A stretch of DNA of 63,662 nt, counting the filler, from Octopus bimaculoides (lineage: Eukaryota), in assembly GCF_001194135.2 (NCBI RefSeq). It is 6 parts of 6 records of this genome, joined end to end, with 100 filler letters (N's around TTAATTAATTAA, not from the genome) between each part and the next. Parts side by side here need not be neighbours in the genome. Positions count along the whole stretch, not along the records: positions 1 to 28,487 come from NC_068985.1; 5 more parts are not named here. One strand, 5' to 3'. The notes under the pieces were generated by a model. The model did not search any database. It saw only the letters and a list, made by a program, of their open reading frames with translations, and was not told where the DNA came from. The position numbers and the translations under genes were made by a program. Below are positions 1 to 13,105 of this stretch, in pieces. How positions within the stretch are numbered: position 1 is the stretch's first letter; each line of letters opens with the position of its first letter.

Positions 1-94
1 ATATATATATATATATATATAAAAGGATGTAGGGAGAAATTCCATACAGTGTACCTAGTGCAAGCTATATACACACATAAGAGGTGATGTAGAC

Positions 95-330
95 TCACAA
101 GAAGGTTAATGGAGAAAGTAGTCTTTGTGTGTGGTAGATGTGCAGGAACAATAAACACTAAGAACACACAAGAAATAGATTCCCTCAAATGTCCAAGAGG
201 ATCCTTAGTGGAAGTAAAGAGTTCCTGTTACCTAGGTGACATAATTAGCAGTAGCGGGCCAACAAGTTACTCTGAACTTTTCCCAGCCAATTCTGATTCT
301 AGGGACAACATTTTCAGATTGCTATGCTTG
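95..330 (+). mobile_element. RTE-type LINE RT fragment
   Basis: EKVVFVCGRCAGTINT...EVKSSCYLGDIIS matches the better-preserved copy at 31.6-32.1 kb. Confidence 0.75.
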
Positions 331-1349
331 AGATGACCTGTCTATTTAAGAAAAAATGAAACCCTAAAGGTATCCTTCATATCTATGTCCCTTACTCCCA
401 TGACTCATCTTAACACCCCTCCCCCCTCCTGCCATCTGTCTTCACAACTAGCTGCATTCCCCTCCCCTACATAATCCCCTTTCCTTTTGAACTCTGGCAA
501 ACTTACCAGAGTATTAAAAAAATGTCTCTGACAAGTCAGTCTTCCCAGTAAGGCATCTTCCAAACCCCCCTCCCCCTCTCCATGTCCACCCCGCTGCAAT
601 CCCCTACTTTCTACTTCTCAAAGAAAGTAGGCATCTTAAAAAAACTCAACATTTGAAATGTGGTTTACAAAGCGGAAAAGCTTTCCACAAAGCTACCGAT
701 TCTCAGTAAAACACAATAGCACCATTATCAGTGACAGAATCAAGACAATAATACTTGTCAATATCCTTGTCAGGTTATGTGGTTAGGAAGTTCACATCAC
801 AACTACATAGTTTGGGGTTCACTCCCACTGTATAACACTTCAAACACATGTCCTCTATTGAACCCTTCCGAGTGAAATTTGGTAGGTGGAAACAGTATGC
901 AAGATTGCTGGATGTACTTAAACATTTTGTCACCATATTTCTGTTAAAAAAAAACACTGCATTTTGTTTCAACAACTTGGAAAATAATGAAGAATTTTGT
1001 AAAACAACTTTTCCATTATTAAGCAGGTTTTGGGAACATAATACAAAATTTAGATGGAAAGGAGTAATTTAAATCACTTTAAAATGGGAAGTTTTTATCA
1101 TAGAACCAAGGGCAGTTTCAGACAGGTTAGAATCACAAGAGTTAATGGAATTTACTTTGGCAAATCCATGCTAGAGGATAACTTCTCCCTTCCTACAATC
1201 AATCTCGGAGAACCTAGAATGTGCCATGTACACAGCCCTTCCTACTCTAAGTCATTAAAAAAAATACATATCTTCCAATTTATTTATCCTTGTGGTGGTC
1301 ATGCTACAATAAGACAAAAAGATACTATCATTGTCATTCTATTTTTATG

Positions 1350-1725
1350 TCTTTTTTTTTACTTCAGTCATTTGACTGGGGCCATGCTGAAGCACTGCCT
1401 TTAGTCATGCAAATCAGCCCCAGGACTTATTCTTTGTAAGCCTAGTACTTATTCTATTGGTCTCTTTTGCCGAACCGCTCAGTTACAGGGATGTAAACAC
1501 ACCAGCATTAGTTGTCAAGCGATGTTGGGGCAACAAACACAGCCACACAAACATACATATATACAACAGGCTTCTTTCAGTTTCTGTCTACCAAATCCAC
1601 TCACAAGACTTGGGTCGGCCTGAGACTATAGTAGAAGACACATACCCAAGGTGCCACGCAGTGGGACTGAACCCGGAATCATGTGGTTGGTAAGCAAGCT
1701 ACTTACCACACAGCCATTCCTGCAC
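1350..1725 (-). mobile_element. tRNA-type SINE, family A (head GGCGCAGGAGTGGCTGTGTGG...GGTTCAGTCCCA)
   Basis: Near-complete copy. Other copies or fragments at ~13950-14250, 15345-15750, 17370-17880, 22470-22803, 27800-28190, 34110-34380, 37100-37290, 45916-46080, 47325-47430, 49140-49300, 60470-60690. Confidence 0.8.
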
Positions 1726-2454
1726 CTATGTATGTAAATTTTTCCAATATTAACTTAAAATTAATTGTAGTTTTAATTTTTCAGACGTTATATATTTATC
1801 AGAGAATTAATTTTGTTTCTGTATAAATAAGTTAAAATAGTATAAAAAAATTATTTGATATCTAAAAATAAGAAAAATGTAAGCATTGATTCATTTTTTA
1901 CATCCCAAATATCATCTGAGGTAAATTTATACAAGTGGTTGACCTACTTTCACAGGAGATAGATCTATGTTAGAGGTGGTTGATTTACGTCATAAGATGT
2001 TGGACATTGTCATAGGAAGTTACTGCCTATCCAGCAGGAAAGTTAACTGACATGGCAGGAAGTAGAACAAACTGCAATAAGTTAGTTGAGAGACTTCTCA
2101 CATGATTATACAAATCTCACCAAGATAAACCCTTTGTTATATATATATATAAAAAAAAGAGAGAACTTAAACAATAGAAATAAATTGAAGCTATATCTTC
2201 AAAGCATCAGATAATAATTCCAAAGATTAAGGTTTATAATAATGGATAGAAACCAAGGTCAATAGGCAGATAATTTTTTTTTTCTTTTGTAACGATTATT
2301 TTCATTACTTCACTTATCGTATGCTAATTCTTACACTCAAGCACTGATTAACTCTTTTGTTATTTTATTTCTGTTGAAATATATAGACTTCATTTCAATT
2401 AATTTTCAAAATAATTAAAAATCAAATCTCAATGTACAAAAAGCAAATACAAGT

Positions 2455-2830
2455 GGCTGGAATGCAGTTCCTCTGAAGGGTCTTTGGAGTAAGGTAACTC
2501 AACAGAGTGCACAATTTAGAGATTGGAAAGGTACTCCAGGCAGAGCCACTGTTTCTCTGAGTTGAGAGATCACGGCTCTGATACTACAAACTTGTGGTAA
2601 GAATGTCTCAGGAAAGAATCACTGGACAGGTTTTACAGGAAAAGCCAACTGGCAAGAGACCCAGGGGTAGACCACAAGCAAGATGGTTGGGTAACATCCA
2701 TGAGCTCATTTGGTTTACCTTAAGGATCCAACCAGGTCAATTGGAGACTGTTGCTTCTGACAGGACTCAATGGAAGGCATGTTTGGGGATTCTGCTCCTA
2801 TAACCTCAGGAATGAGTGGGTGAAGATGCA
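2455..2830 (+). mobile_element. RTE LINE 3' end (decayed ORF C-terminus)
   Basis: VVRMSQERITGQVLQEKPTGKRPRGRPQARW...VASDRTQWK is the typical RTE C-terminal RPRGRP..RW / DR..W signature. Confidence 0.75.
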
Positions 2831-3109
2831 ATGAGAAGGATTAATTAAAATAACTAATTATTAATTAGGCATTTTGGAAAGTAAACTGACACAAAATTGT
2901 AAGGGAAGATTTTAATTTAGAGCATTTTAAAACAAAGTTTGTATCAAAAGCAAGAGTAGTCTCAGACAGATTGTTATTGATAGAGTTAAATACATGTACA
3001 TATTTTATCTTCTAGTAATTTCTTTTTTCTGTTGGACACTGCAAACCATTCAGCTGTGGTATATCAGAGATCTTACAGATTTCAGGCTAGATAGGAAAGT
3101 AACATATTT

Positions 3110-3400
3110 CAAGGGATTTTCACTTGTTGTGTGTCATACATTTGACCTCTCTGCAATCTCTCGCACAGTTATACGACAATCAGATTCAATTATGGCTTTG
3201 ATTCAGTCATCATCAACTTCAGTAGGTTGATCAGAATGTTGGTCATCTTAGAGTGAAAAATTTCCAGAACGGAATTTTTTAAACCATTTCTGACAAGTGC
3301 GTTCTGTTAAGCAATCAACACCATAAACTTCACATATCTCTTTGTGAGCCTCAGAAGCTTTCTTGCTTTTACCAAAATAAAAAAGGAAAATATAGCAAAA
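3110..3400 (-). mobile_element. Mariner transposase N-terminal HTH remnant (pseudogenised)
   Basis: KASEAHKEICEVYGVDCLTERTCQKWFKKFRSGNFSL*DDQHSDQPTEVDDD*IKAIIESDCRITVREIAE with 3 stops. Confidence 0.85.
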
Positions 3401-3410
3401 ATGTTTTCTT

Positions 3411-3771
3411 TTTTGCACCCCATGTTAAAATTGACACTGAACTAACAGTTGTAAACAAAATTACGTGCAATTTGCTTCTAAAGTAAGCTAAAAGTAACGG
3501 CTATCAGATGTCAAAAGGAATAAAAATCATAACATTGACAAAAGTCATTCAAAACAATCGTAACTAATTTCTTTTTTTCTAACAAAACTGTCCGATGAAC
3601 GGGAACGTGAAACTCAGAGTAACGGTTTTTTTGTTATATTTCTGCTGCTTTTAAATAAAGTATATATATATATATATATATAATGTATGTGTGTATGTTC
3701 ATTTTTGCACGCCATGTTAAAACTGACATTGAACTAACAGCTGTAAACAAATTACACACAATTTGCTTCTA
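3411..3771. repeat. ~70-bp imperfect direct duplication (3411-3480 and 3703-3771)
   Basis: ttttgcac.ccatgttaaaa.tgaca.tgaactaacag.tgtaaacaaa...atttgcttcta occurs twice next to the mariner 5' end. Confidence 0.85.
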
Positions 3772-5998
3772 TATATGGGGGAGGGGGGGGGGGGNNNNNN
3801 NNNNNNNNNNNNNAAAAAAAAAAAAAAAAAACACCTGAGCTAGATATATAAAATATACATGCATATATACATGTAAATAGAAAACAAAGACTGAAAATAT
3901 TCACTTTATGAACATTCATGCATAAATATAGATATTTATATATTATCAGAGCAAACTTACACATAGTAGGAAGTCACAGAAAATTGAGGGGAGAAGGTTA
4001 TGGTATTACAGATCCGACAGTTGTTTCTGGGGGTTCGGAATTAGGTAATAATGTTTGCAAATGTAGTTTGCAAAAGGTCCAAAGATATGCAGCCAGTAGT
4101 GGAAACACATAAACATCAGGTAGATCCAGTCTCCATCCTCAGGGTGAGGAGACAGAAGTGTCGAGTACAGAGAATGTTTAAGAAAACAAACAAGAGTTTC
4201 TCAGAATTTTCTTTATGAACTTAGCTATAAATTTCACTTAAACAAAGTTTGCTGTAGTAGTAGTTGACAAATCATTTTAATGAGAACATTGACTAGAAGT
4301 TGTGCACAGATGTCCAGTTTATAATTATAGGCTGTCTTAAAGTCAACACTAGACCGAAACAAATAACTGTCTCCCAAATTTGTTATTTTCAACTCACAAT
4401 TCAAATCTTACTGAGATTTAAATTTAGTACTTACATCATTCAGCTGACAATAAAATAAGGGATCCTCTATAAAGGTTACTTGATTTTCTAGAAATAGCAA
4501 CCAAATCCCTCCTGAATTACAATCACTTATCATCTTCAAAAAAAGACATATACTGAATAATGTTGTCTTACACTGGGCAAGATATTAAACTGCATTCAGC
4601 AATGAGGTTTCAGCTTGGAAGTTCAGGAGTTGCAAGGAGTATGGAAGTACCGCTCAGCTACCACTATTCCCAAGTTCACTCTAGCCTGGGGTGGTTACCG
4701 CCTGTTAAGGGCCCTAGTTATGTATCAAATAGCAAAAGATGATCTTATATGTAATCCAGTGGTTCTTAACCTTTTCCTAGTGCCCTTTTTTAAGTAGTTG
4801 TCGTGCTTTGCATCCACCAAAGTAGTGAGTAAGGTATCACAACTAAACTAACTTAATATGGAAGATAATTTATAAACGTTATATAAATAGCAATCACAAT
4901 ATACAAAGGAAACAAGTATTATTGTATGCCTTAAAAATACTAATCAAGAGAGAGAGATAAAATTAATTATTCTTGTTCAAACATGTCTTTAGCCATGATA
5001 TATACTTATCTATCATTTAGTTTAATAACCATTACAAGTTTTTATCATGTAGAATATAATTACTACTATACGTTAAATTTAGTATATTAATTGTTACCTC
5101 ACTGCACCTCCTAAAATCTGACACCAATTTCAACATGCCAAGCACCCCCTTTGGAGTAGTACCATCCACACTGAGAACCTCTGCTGTAACCAAAGCAAAC
5201 AGGAATGCAAAGAAGAGCTTGCTGCTAAACATGCATCACACAAGCCCTCACTCAAGTCAACCAGTCTATGGATGTCATGTAAACAAGTCCTCAGTGTAAG
5301 AGTGGAGTAGAAGATTTCACATAATGCATGGCTGGATAAAGTGGTGCATGAAGGAAAGAAAAGCTGCAAGTGGGTCACTCACATACATGCATATGTGCAC
5401 GTACATGCACACACTTCATGGCCCTTTATATTCTGAATTCAAATCCCACTGAGATCAGCGTTACCTTTCATCCTTAGAAAGACAATAAAGTACTGAGGTC
5501 ATTTCAATTGACCGTTACCCTGCTCACAAAAATGTGTAGCCATAAGCCAGTGTGAGACAGTAAGAGTATATTACAATCAGCAGAAATAATAGAGTACTAT
5601 ACAAAATGCCTTGCGATATTTAGCTATATATTTTAATATCCTGCCAGGAACAACTTTGCCTTTCATCCTTTGGTAGAGAGGAGAATAAAATAAAGTATGT
5701 TAAATGTGAATAGAAATATAATAGATGAAGAAAGAGTATTGTATTATTTTGAAGGTAAGATTACAGAATCAGTTGAATGCCAAATAAAATTCATTCCAGC
5801 ATTTAGTCTTGCCCCTCTGTATCCTGAATTCAAATTTTTTGACTCCATCAAGGGTCTATAAACTACATACAAGTAATATATAAAGTGATTAACTGAATCA
5901 ACTACAGCCCTTTGTAATATTTGTGACTTGAAATCAACACTGCACTACTTTACTAGGTCTTTTTAATAGAGATTGAGCAAAATTTTAATCTTTTAGAT

Positions 5999-6277
5999 CT
6001 GTGCTGCTCAAAGTGGTGGTCCACAGACCGGTGCCGGTCCACAAGCCATCAGCTGCCGGTATATGGAGAGTTTCCAGAAAAGAAAGAAACATTATAAAAT
6101 GCTTATAAAATATTGTATCATTTGGTTACAAAATATAAGATAAAAAAAAATTGTCAACTTTTATCATATTCATTATATATATATAGTTTCCGGTATAAAT
6201 TAATATTACTAAATATTACAGGTCCCTGGCACATTGGAAAAAAACTGCCAGTACGCCACAGAGTTTGAGAAGCACTG
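5999..6277. mobile_element. hAT-type MITE
   Basis: Ends CTGTGCTGCTCAAA / TTTGAGAAGCACTG; 8-bp flanks ttttagat / ctctaaat look like a decayed TSD. Confidence 0.65.
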
Positions 6278-6329
6278 CTCTAAATATCAATGAATACACT
6301 TTTACTTCCTATTTCCCTCAACAGACAAA

Positions 6330-7700
6330 AAAAAAACTGATGAAAGTAATGTTGTTGCTCTCAATATCAATAAAGCTTTCAACCAGGCCTGGCATCACAA
6401 AACTGCCAGCCCATAAGTTCCATTCATTTATCTCCTGCATCAGTAGCTTCTGAGTAAATCGCACAATTGCTCATAGAATCTGTATCGGAGGGAGTTCCAT
6501 CAATCCTGGTGTATCCCAGGACTGAGTGGTCTCCCACACTCTTCCTCATACTGATCAAATGCTTATTTGCTATCATCAACAACTCCCACTCTTATACAAG
6601 TGACACTACACTTCATCCCCTGCTTAACCTTCATCCACACACACTAAACATTTACACCTCATGCTAAATCTGCACTTGTACCATGAACAGAGATTTCAAA
6701 AGCATTCTCCAATACAGTCATACAAGTTTCTCTTTCAAAAGCAAAAAAAAATTTTTAAATAGTCTATACTTGTATCAAAACATCATTGCACTTCACCCAT
6801 CTTAAACAGGAACATCATGTAACTAGATCTTTCAAGATTGCACCAAATGCCAGTGAGAATTTTTCATGGTAAACACACATCTTTAACACAGCTAAAACCA
6901 CAAATCAAAGATTGGCCTTTCTCTTCTGAACTAGAAAATACAGTACTTTCCTATTATCTACAGCCACTTTTTGTTTTTTATATATATACATACTAAATAT
7001 CTATTACTCTTAAGAGTTGGTTATTACAGTTGATTGGCAGACTTTCAGAATAGCTATCAGTATCTTACGGTGAAAACTCCCAGTAAAAATTTACTGGAAA
7101 ATAGCATGGAATTGGAGGGCAAAAATGTATTAAGAAAAGTTTTGGATAAAAAAATCTTTCACTGAAGTAAACAATCACCTTATTCCTTGCCTTTTCTTTC
7201 TCCATGAGGTAGTGATAGCTATTCTGGAAGTCCAATGATCAACTATTGCACCCCTCTCATGAATGTGATAGTTCATTATTCACTAATCCACGCTGTTAAT
7301 AATAGGGAAGTATCAAAAAGTACTTTTAAATCCCAACATTTAATGAAATCCTATGAAGCTCAGGTGAAACGTGCAGGCATCATAGAATCTACAGAAAGGC
7401 CACCCAACTAAATAGCATAAAAGTCAATCACAGACACAATCCAGCATCTGGTCCAGACTAATTAACTTCTCTCTCTTTCTTTTCTACCACTACTACAATT
7501 ATATCTGCTCTTTGGAATGGATTCATACCACCTCCAATCAAGTACTTCCAACTTGCTCCTCTTTGTTCCTCCCTTTACTCTTGTTGTGTCCAACTCCACC
7601 AACTAATCACCATGCCCAGTCCTTCTTTTCCAGAATGCTGGTCCTTTAGAATTAATCTCCTTGCAATTGTCCATCTTACTATCACTGACTTGCAGCAGTT
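6330..7700 (+). mobile_element. CR1/Jockey-like LINE RT and 3' region, decayed and interrupted
   Basis: VVALNINKAFNQAWHH (= ALDISKAFDRVWH), SINPGVSQ (= GVPQGS), SPTLFLIL...HSYTSDTTLH (= YADD region); 3' segment at ~7380-7700. Confidence 0.7.
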
Positions 7701-7989
7701 TAATCCTTTAGTATTTAAACCGGCCAAAATATTCTACCTTTTTTATGTTCAAACTGGTCAGATGTGGCCCCTCACACCTCTCCTACAATATCATTCTAAA
7801 ATTTAATAGTTACCTCATAAAAATTTCAAAGCTCTCAGACAATACATGATTTATTCAGAACAATGCTAATAAGACAGAATAATCTGAATGCTAAAGGGTT
7901 AAATAAAGTTAATGATGTCAGTCCCATTCGTCTTGGAGGGCCTGCAAGAGTCATGAACAATGCCCTTTCTTCCAAACCTATAAAAAAAA

Positions 7990-8240
7990 TATAAATACAC
8001 CTTTTTGTCCTAATATCATAAATGCAACTTTTTCTTTTAACATCTTAAATATCATTCATCCTAGTATCACTTTTTCCTCAGTACCATAAATACATATTTT
8101 GCCTAATACCATAACTATAACTTTATATCTTTCCCTACCATCAAATATAAAAATATATCTCGTTTTCTTAATATCATAAATATACTTATTTTTGAACCTT
8201 GTGCCATAAACACACCTCATTTTTGATATCATAAATACAC
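7990..8240. repeat. Degenerate AT-rich minisatellite
   Basis: Recurring motif cctaata(t/c)cataaatac...tttt about every 25-45 bp. Confidence 0.55.
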
Positions 8241-8289
8241 AGTTAAAAGAGAACAGCTAAGTTGTCAAATGCACAATTAATTTTGACAA

Positions 8290-8600
8290 CTATGTGGTTG
8301 AAAGTGCAATTAAGGAAATGGAAGCTGAGAAGGCAGCTGCAGTATCAGGGATAATTAGAGATAATTACTGAAACACTGAGAATATGTAGTGAAGTAGGTC
8401 ATGCACTAGTCACTCGCATAGACAATCAGGTAATACAGAGAGGCATCATACAAAATGACTGATGCAACAGTATCACCAACTGTCACAAGGGCTAAGGAGA
8501 TGCTAGAAAATAGCAATTACAGAAGAGTTAAACTGATGGACCAAATTGTGGAGGTATTGAGGCGAGAGTCATTGACACACCTGTGGGATTGGAAGAATGG
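8290..8600 (+). mobile_element. RTE LINE RT N-terminal fragment
   Basis: Frameshifted readings ~ AIKEMEAEKAA.SGI, NQVIQRGIIQND, NCHKG.GDA..NYRRVKLMDQ. Confidence 0.6.
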
Positions 8601-10658
8601 ACTAGCCGAACTCTTATGAAGAGTAGTGTTGAGACAGGGGAAGTCAGAAGAGTTGTTGAGGGTTCCTGGAAGTTGTAGGAAGTCGTTTTATTCACTTTAT
8701 TTTGAATTTATCATGAATTATCTTTTAACTTCAAAATTTTGATGAGGTGTTTGTTCAATTTTTTAGAATGATATTGTAGAGTAAGTGTGAAAGGTTGGAT
8801 CTGGCCAGTTTGAACATAAAACAAGTAGAATATTTAGGCCAGATATGACCCAGTTTAAATGCTAAAGGGTCAAATCACATAAAATATAATAGAGATGTAA
8901 ACTAGAATCAGCAAAGGTATTTGACCATGTGGTTAGGGTGTTACACTCCTGATTGTAAGATCATAGTTTCAATTCCTAGCCCAGGTAGTGTGTTGTGTTC
9001 TTGATCAAAACATTTCATGTTGCTCTGATCCACTCAACTGTAAATGAATTCCAACAATAGCTTTGAAGTTAACCCCGAGAGAGACTGGTATCCAATTCAG
9101 GGGGAAGTGTTGTAAACCTAGTGACTTGTATAAACCATGGAGACCAGGTTATGCCTTTAGTATTCAAACCAGCCATATCCAGCCCAAATACTCTACAAGT
9201 TGTGTTCAAACTGACCAGATCAGGCCTCTCACATCTACCCTGCAATGTCATTCTAAAAAATAAACAATCATATCACCAATATCTCAAAACAAGATAATTC
9301 ATGATTAATTCAAAACAATGTGAATAAATAAGCATTACATTTGACGGAGTAATCTGAATGCTTAAGGATTAAACTTCAGCAATAAGGTTAGTAGTATGCA
9401 AAAAAGATCTCACCTAAACTGGAAGCAACAATGATATTAAATGCTGCTTCCCCATCTTTTGCCTCCTGTCCTAGCCCTATCCATCTTTAAAAAAAGAAAA
9501 AGAAAAAAAATGGAGGAAGGACATTCAGCCATAGAAACCATGCCAAAATAGACTGGAGTCTGGTGCAGCCTTTTGTCTTACCAACCCTGGTCAAACCATC
9601 CAACCCATGACAGCATGGACAACAGATGTTAAATGATGATAAAGATTCAGGAAAAAATCAGATTGTCATAGATAGAACCCGAATTAAGATATTAGCAATC
9701 TGAGTTTCACTGAATATCAATTACCAATTGTAGTCATTTTACTTTATGCAGTTTAATACTTTTTCAGAATAGTGTCTATACTGTATAGTCTTTATAAATG
9801 TGTGACCTTGTTGATTTAAGTACAGCAAGTACAGTACAATAGGAAAACTGTAAGAGTAACACCTGTTGCTCTTTGAAGAGAGAGTATTGATAAAATATTT
9901 CTAGGTTATTTTGCTTTTTAGAAGCAGCCTACTATCCAAATCCAGTAAACTATAGATAAATTAATGTTAACAATTTAATGCATGGATCAATACAAAACTA
10001 ATCAGAAATGAATATGCAAGAAGGGGGAAAAAAAATATTATATTAGTAATTTTCATGTTGACTGTCATTTCTGAAATATTGAATATTTAATTTCTACACA
10101 TTAATTATTTCAGAAGGTAGAAAAAAAACTTGATTATCTAAACCTTAAACAATGATTCAGAAAGTGACATAAGGGTTATGATTCACTTAAGAGATCAGAA
10201 TAAGGTAGAAATTTGTCAGCAAGTTGTCTCTTGCATTCCAGAAAGGGAAAATATTTGACACTATTTTTTTTTCCTTTCTTTCTCCTTATATAGTTTATCT
10301 TCAGGTTTATGCATGCTGGGGCACCGCCTTAAAGAATTTTTAATCAAATGAATCATATGTGTTAACATTAATTCACCAATCATCTTCTATGCCGGTCATC
10401 TCCCTAGATCATCTAATCTCTAAGTGCAATAATTATACTAATTTAAAGGTGCTAGTATGGTATGTGGTCTACCATGGTGTCAAACAGTATAGCCAAGGTT
10501 ATCTACCTTATCTTTTAGATATTTGAGAAATTATAAAACTTCAGATATTTCAGGGATAAAGCACTTCGTACATTATAAATTACACAAATAAGAAAAATTG
10601 AATCTTATATTATTTTATATGATAAAGAAATTACACAGATAAATCAATACAATCCATT

Positions 10659-11210
10659 TTAACGATAATCACTTCTTATGTCATTAAGGAACAATAGAAA
10701 TAAATCATCTGAGTCTCTCCTCATCATTTTCCAGCAGAAATGATCAAGATGTGACTGGAAAAGCTCAGTAATAACACCTCTCATTTTTTTCAGAATCATA
10801 GTTTTAGCATCTAACCATGATCGCTCAATGGCCTGAGCGTATGCACCGGTCACTGGATCCACATAATGTCATTGACGGTTCACTGTCAGATGGTGATAAC
10901 CTATAGCATTGAAATTATAAGCAGGCCACTCATCAAAATAAATTACTGAACCTTTTCCACATTCTCTCTCTCAATAATTGGGATCAGACTGTTCCCGTCA
11001 CGCCATTCCACACAAAAGTATTGACAGTCTGAACCTTGTTTGAGAACTAAAAAAAACCATGGCCCATCAATTCTATGTCCATGGTTCCTGTTGTTTCATT
11101 GTTCTGCATCACTGTCTTCGAAAAGAGGAGCATTGTTGCCATTCAGCATTCTTTCTCAATTGCTATGGCATTGGCGTAGATCCGGCCATCCCTATTAACA
11201 GGGACAAAAC
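10659..11210 (-). mobile_element. Merlin (IS1016/ISXO2-like) transposase remnant
   Basis: NRNHGHRIDGPW...RDGNSLIPII...GSVIYFDEWPAYNFNAIGYHHLTVN...HYVDPVTGAYAQAIERSWLDAK...QSHLDHFCW matches the DDE_Tnp_IS1595 pattern (SDEW, HxTVNH, VDPxTGAHTQxIE). Confidence 0.85.
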
Positions 11211-11469
11211 CTGGATTTAAAACACTGGATGATGATGTATGTATTGGTATGTACTGTAAGAAACAACCAGGTTTCTTTCTCCAACATTTTACACAGTTCA
11301 ACCTACACAAGTTAATGTGTGAAAAGCAAAATAGGAATTTTGAAAAAATTCTATAAAACTAGAATTTTAACATTGAATGGCTATGGGGGAGGGTCCTCCA
11401 GAATAAAACAGTAATCAAAGGGGTCCATAGGTAAAAAATGGCTGAGAGCCACTGGTTTAAAGGATAAGG

Positions 11470-11950
11470 GAACTAAGTAAAGAAGTTAGTTCATAACCTT
11501 AGGGGGTGAACACAGTGTGAGTGAGATGAGGAGCAATGAGTGAGTTATCAGAGGCCAAGCAGGAGTAGAATGAGGCCAAGCAGTTCCAAGAAGTTAGAGC
11601 CACTGTAGTTGCAGTAGAAAAGGCTGAGAGAGTGGGGAGAGGGACAGAGGGAAGAAACAGTATATATGTGGATNNNNNNNNNNGACAGAGGGAAGAAACA
11701 GTATATATGTGGATTAGAGGCTAGTATGTGTGTGTCTGTATGTCGAACAGCTGGATGAGTTTTTCATGGATTTTCTAGGATGCTTATATGTGGAGCAGCA
11801 ACATAGTCCTAGATGTGCAAGTAGTAATATTCCATCCACTGTGGGTATACTCCAAGCTTTGTTGAAGACTAACAGTTGTTGTAGGTGGTGAAGAGGCTGA
11901 AGTAATTTCTAGCTCTGGATATGAAGGTTAGTCTTTGTCTTTGAGAAATA
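11470..11950 (-). mobile_element. CR1-like LINE 3' fragment
   Basis: Antisense counterpart of the 7.4-7.7 kb segment (LFYCNYSGS...SHCVHP). Confidence 0.5.
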
Positions 11951-12269
11951 GAACAAAGAATTGCATAAAAGACAGAGAGAGAAAAAAATGAGGAGATTTG
12001 AAGACATGAAATAATTATCATAACAAAGGTGTGAGTTCAAATTCCACCATTTCAATTTTGACATCTTTCAGATTTTTTTTTTTTTTTGCTCGAATTTAAA
12101 AAAGTAATTTCAAAAAATCATGTTTAAAACATTAAATCTGAAAAAAATAATCTAAAGAAAAACAAAACTGAAAAGTCACTGGAAAAACCGTGCTTCTCTC
12201 CTCGTCAATGTGGTTTTTCATGTTCTTAATTTATGAAACGTTAAACATTACAACTTTAGTATATATGTC

Positions 12270-13020
12270 AATGAAATAAGTACTAGTTAAGTTTTGGGGT
12301 TGATGTAATCAATTAAGCCCCTGCCTCAAAATTTCAGGCCTTGTGCCTGTAGCAAAAAGGATCATTATAACTAAGGTGGCAAGTTTTAGCAGCATTTTGT
12401 CTATCTTTACATTTGAGTTCAAATTCCACCAAGGTCAACTTTGCTTTTCATCATTTTGGGGTCAATAAAATAAGTACAAGTACCGGGATTGATATAATCA
12501 ACATCTTCCTCCCAACAATAACTGCCAGCCCTTTGTCAAAATTCAAAACCATTATTATTATTATTATTATTAACAAAGCAGCAAGCTGACAGAATTGTTA
12601 GCACACCAGGCAAAATACTTAACAGCATTTCAACCATCTTTATGCTCTAAGTTCAAGTTCCACTGAGGTCAACAAATTAAGTACCAGTGAAACACTGGGG
12701 TCAATGTAATTGACTTACCCCTCTCCCAAAATTACAGGCCTTGTGCCTATAGTAGAAAAGAATAATATTATTATTATTATTAATATTACTGTTAAGGTGG
12801 CAGGCTGGCAGAATCATTAGCATGCTGGGCAAAATACTAAGTGGTATTTCATCTGTCTTAACGTTCTGAGTTCAAATTCCACCGCGATTGACTTTGCTTT
12901 TCATCCTTTCAGGGTCGATAAATTAAGTATCATCAATTGCATACTGGAGTCAATCTAATTGACTGGCCCCCTCCCCAAAAATTTCAGGCCTGGTGCTTAG
13001 AGTAGAAAAGATTATTATTA
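12270..13020 (+). mobile_element. Head-to-tail array of tRNA-type SINE family B, (ATT)n-tailed (3 copies)
   Basis: A-box-like TGGCAGAATC and B-box GAGTTCAAATTCC; ends gtagaaaaga(att)n; later copies start after the previous ATT-rich tail. Others at 15987-16470 (+), 40625-40950 (-), 41440-41740 (-), 46790-47170 (-), 48195-49060 (+), 53300-53435 (-), 56165-56600 (-). Confidence 0.85.
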
Positions 13021-13021
13021 T

Positions 13022-13103
<82 letters not shown>
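13022..13103. repeat. (ACT)n microsatellite
   Basis: Perfect tactac run continuing a SINE tail. Confidence 0.95.

Positions 13104-13105
<2 letters not shown>

Noticed and set aside
650-1270. ORFs 848-1072 and 1054-1404 as a host gene
   Set aside because: Interrupted by SINE fragments, no recognisable domain or consistent splice structure; possibly an unclassified TE relic
11644-11713. 30-bp direct repeat across a 10-N gap (likewise 62514-62551)
   Set aside because: Unmerged contig overlap
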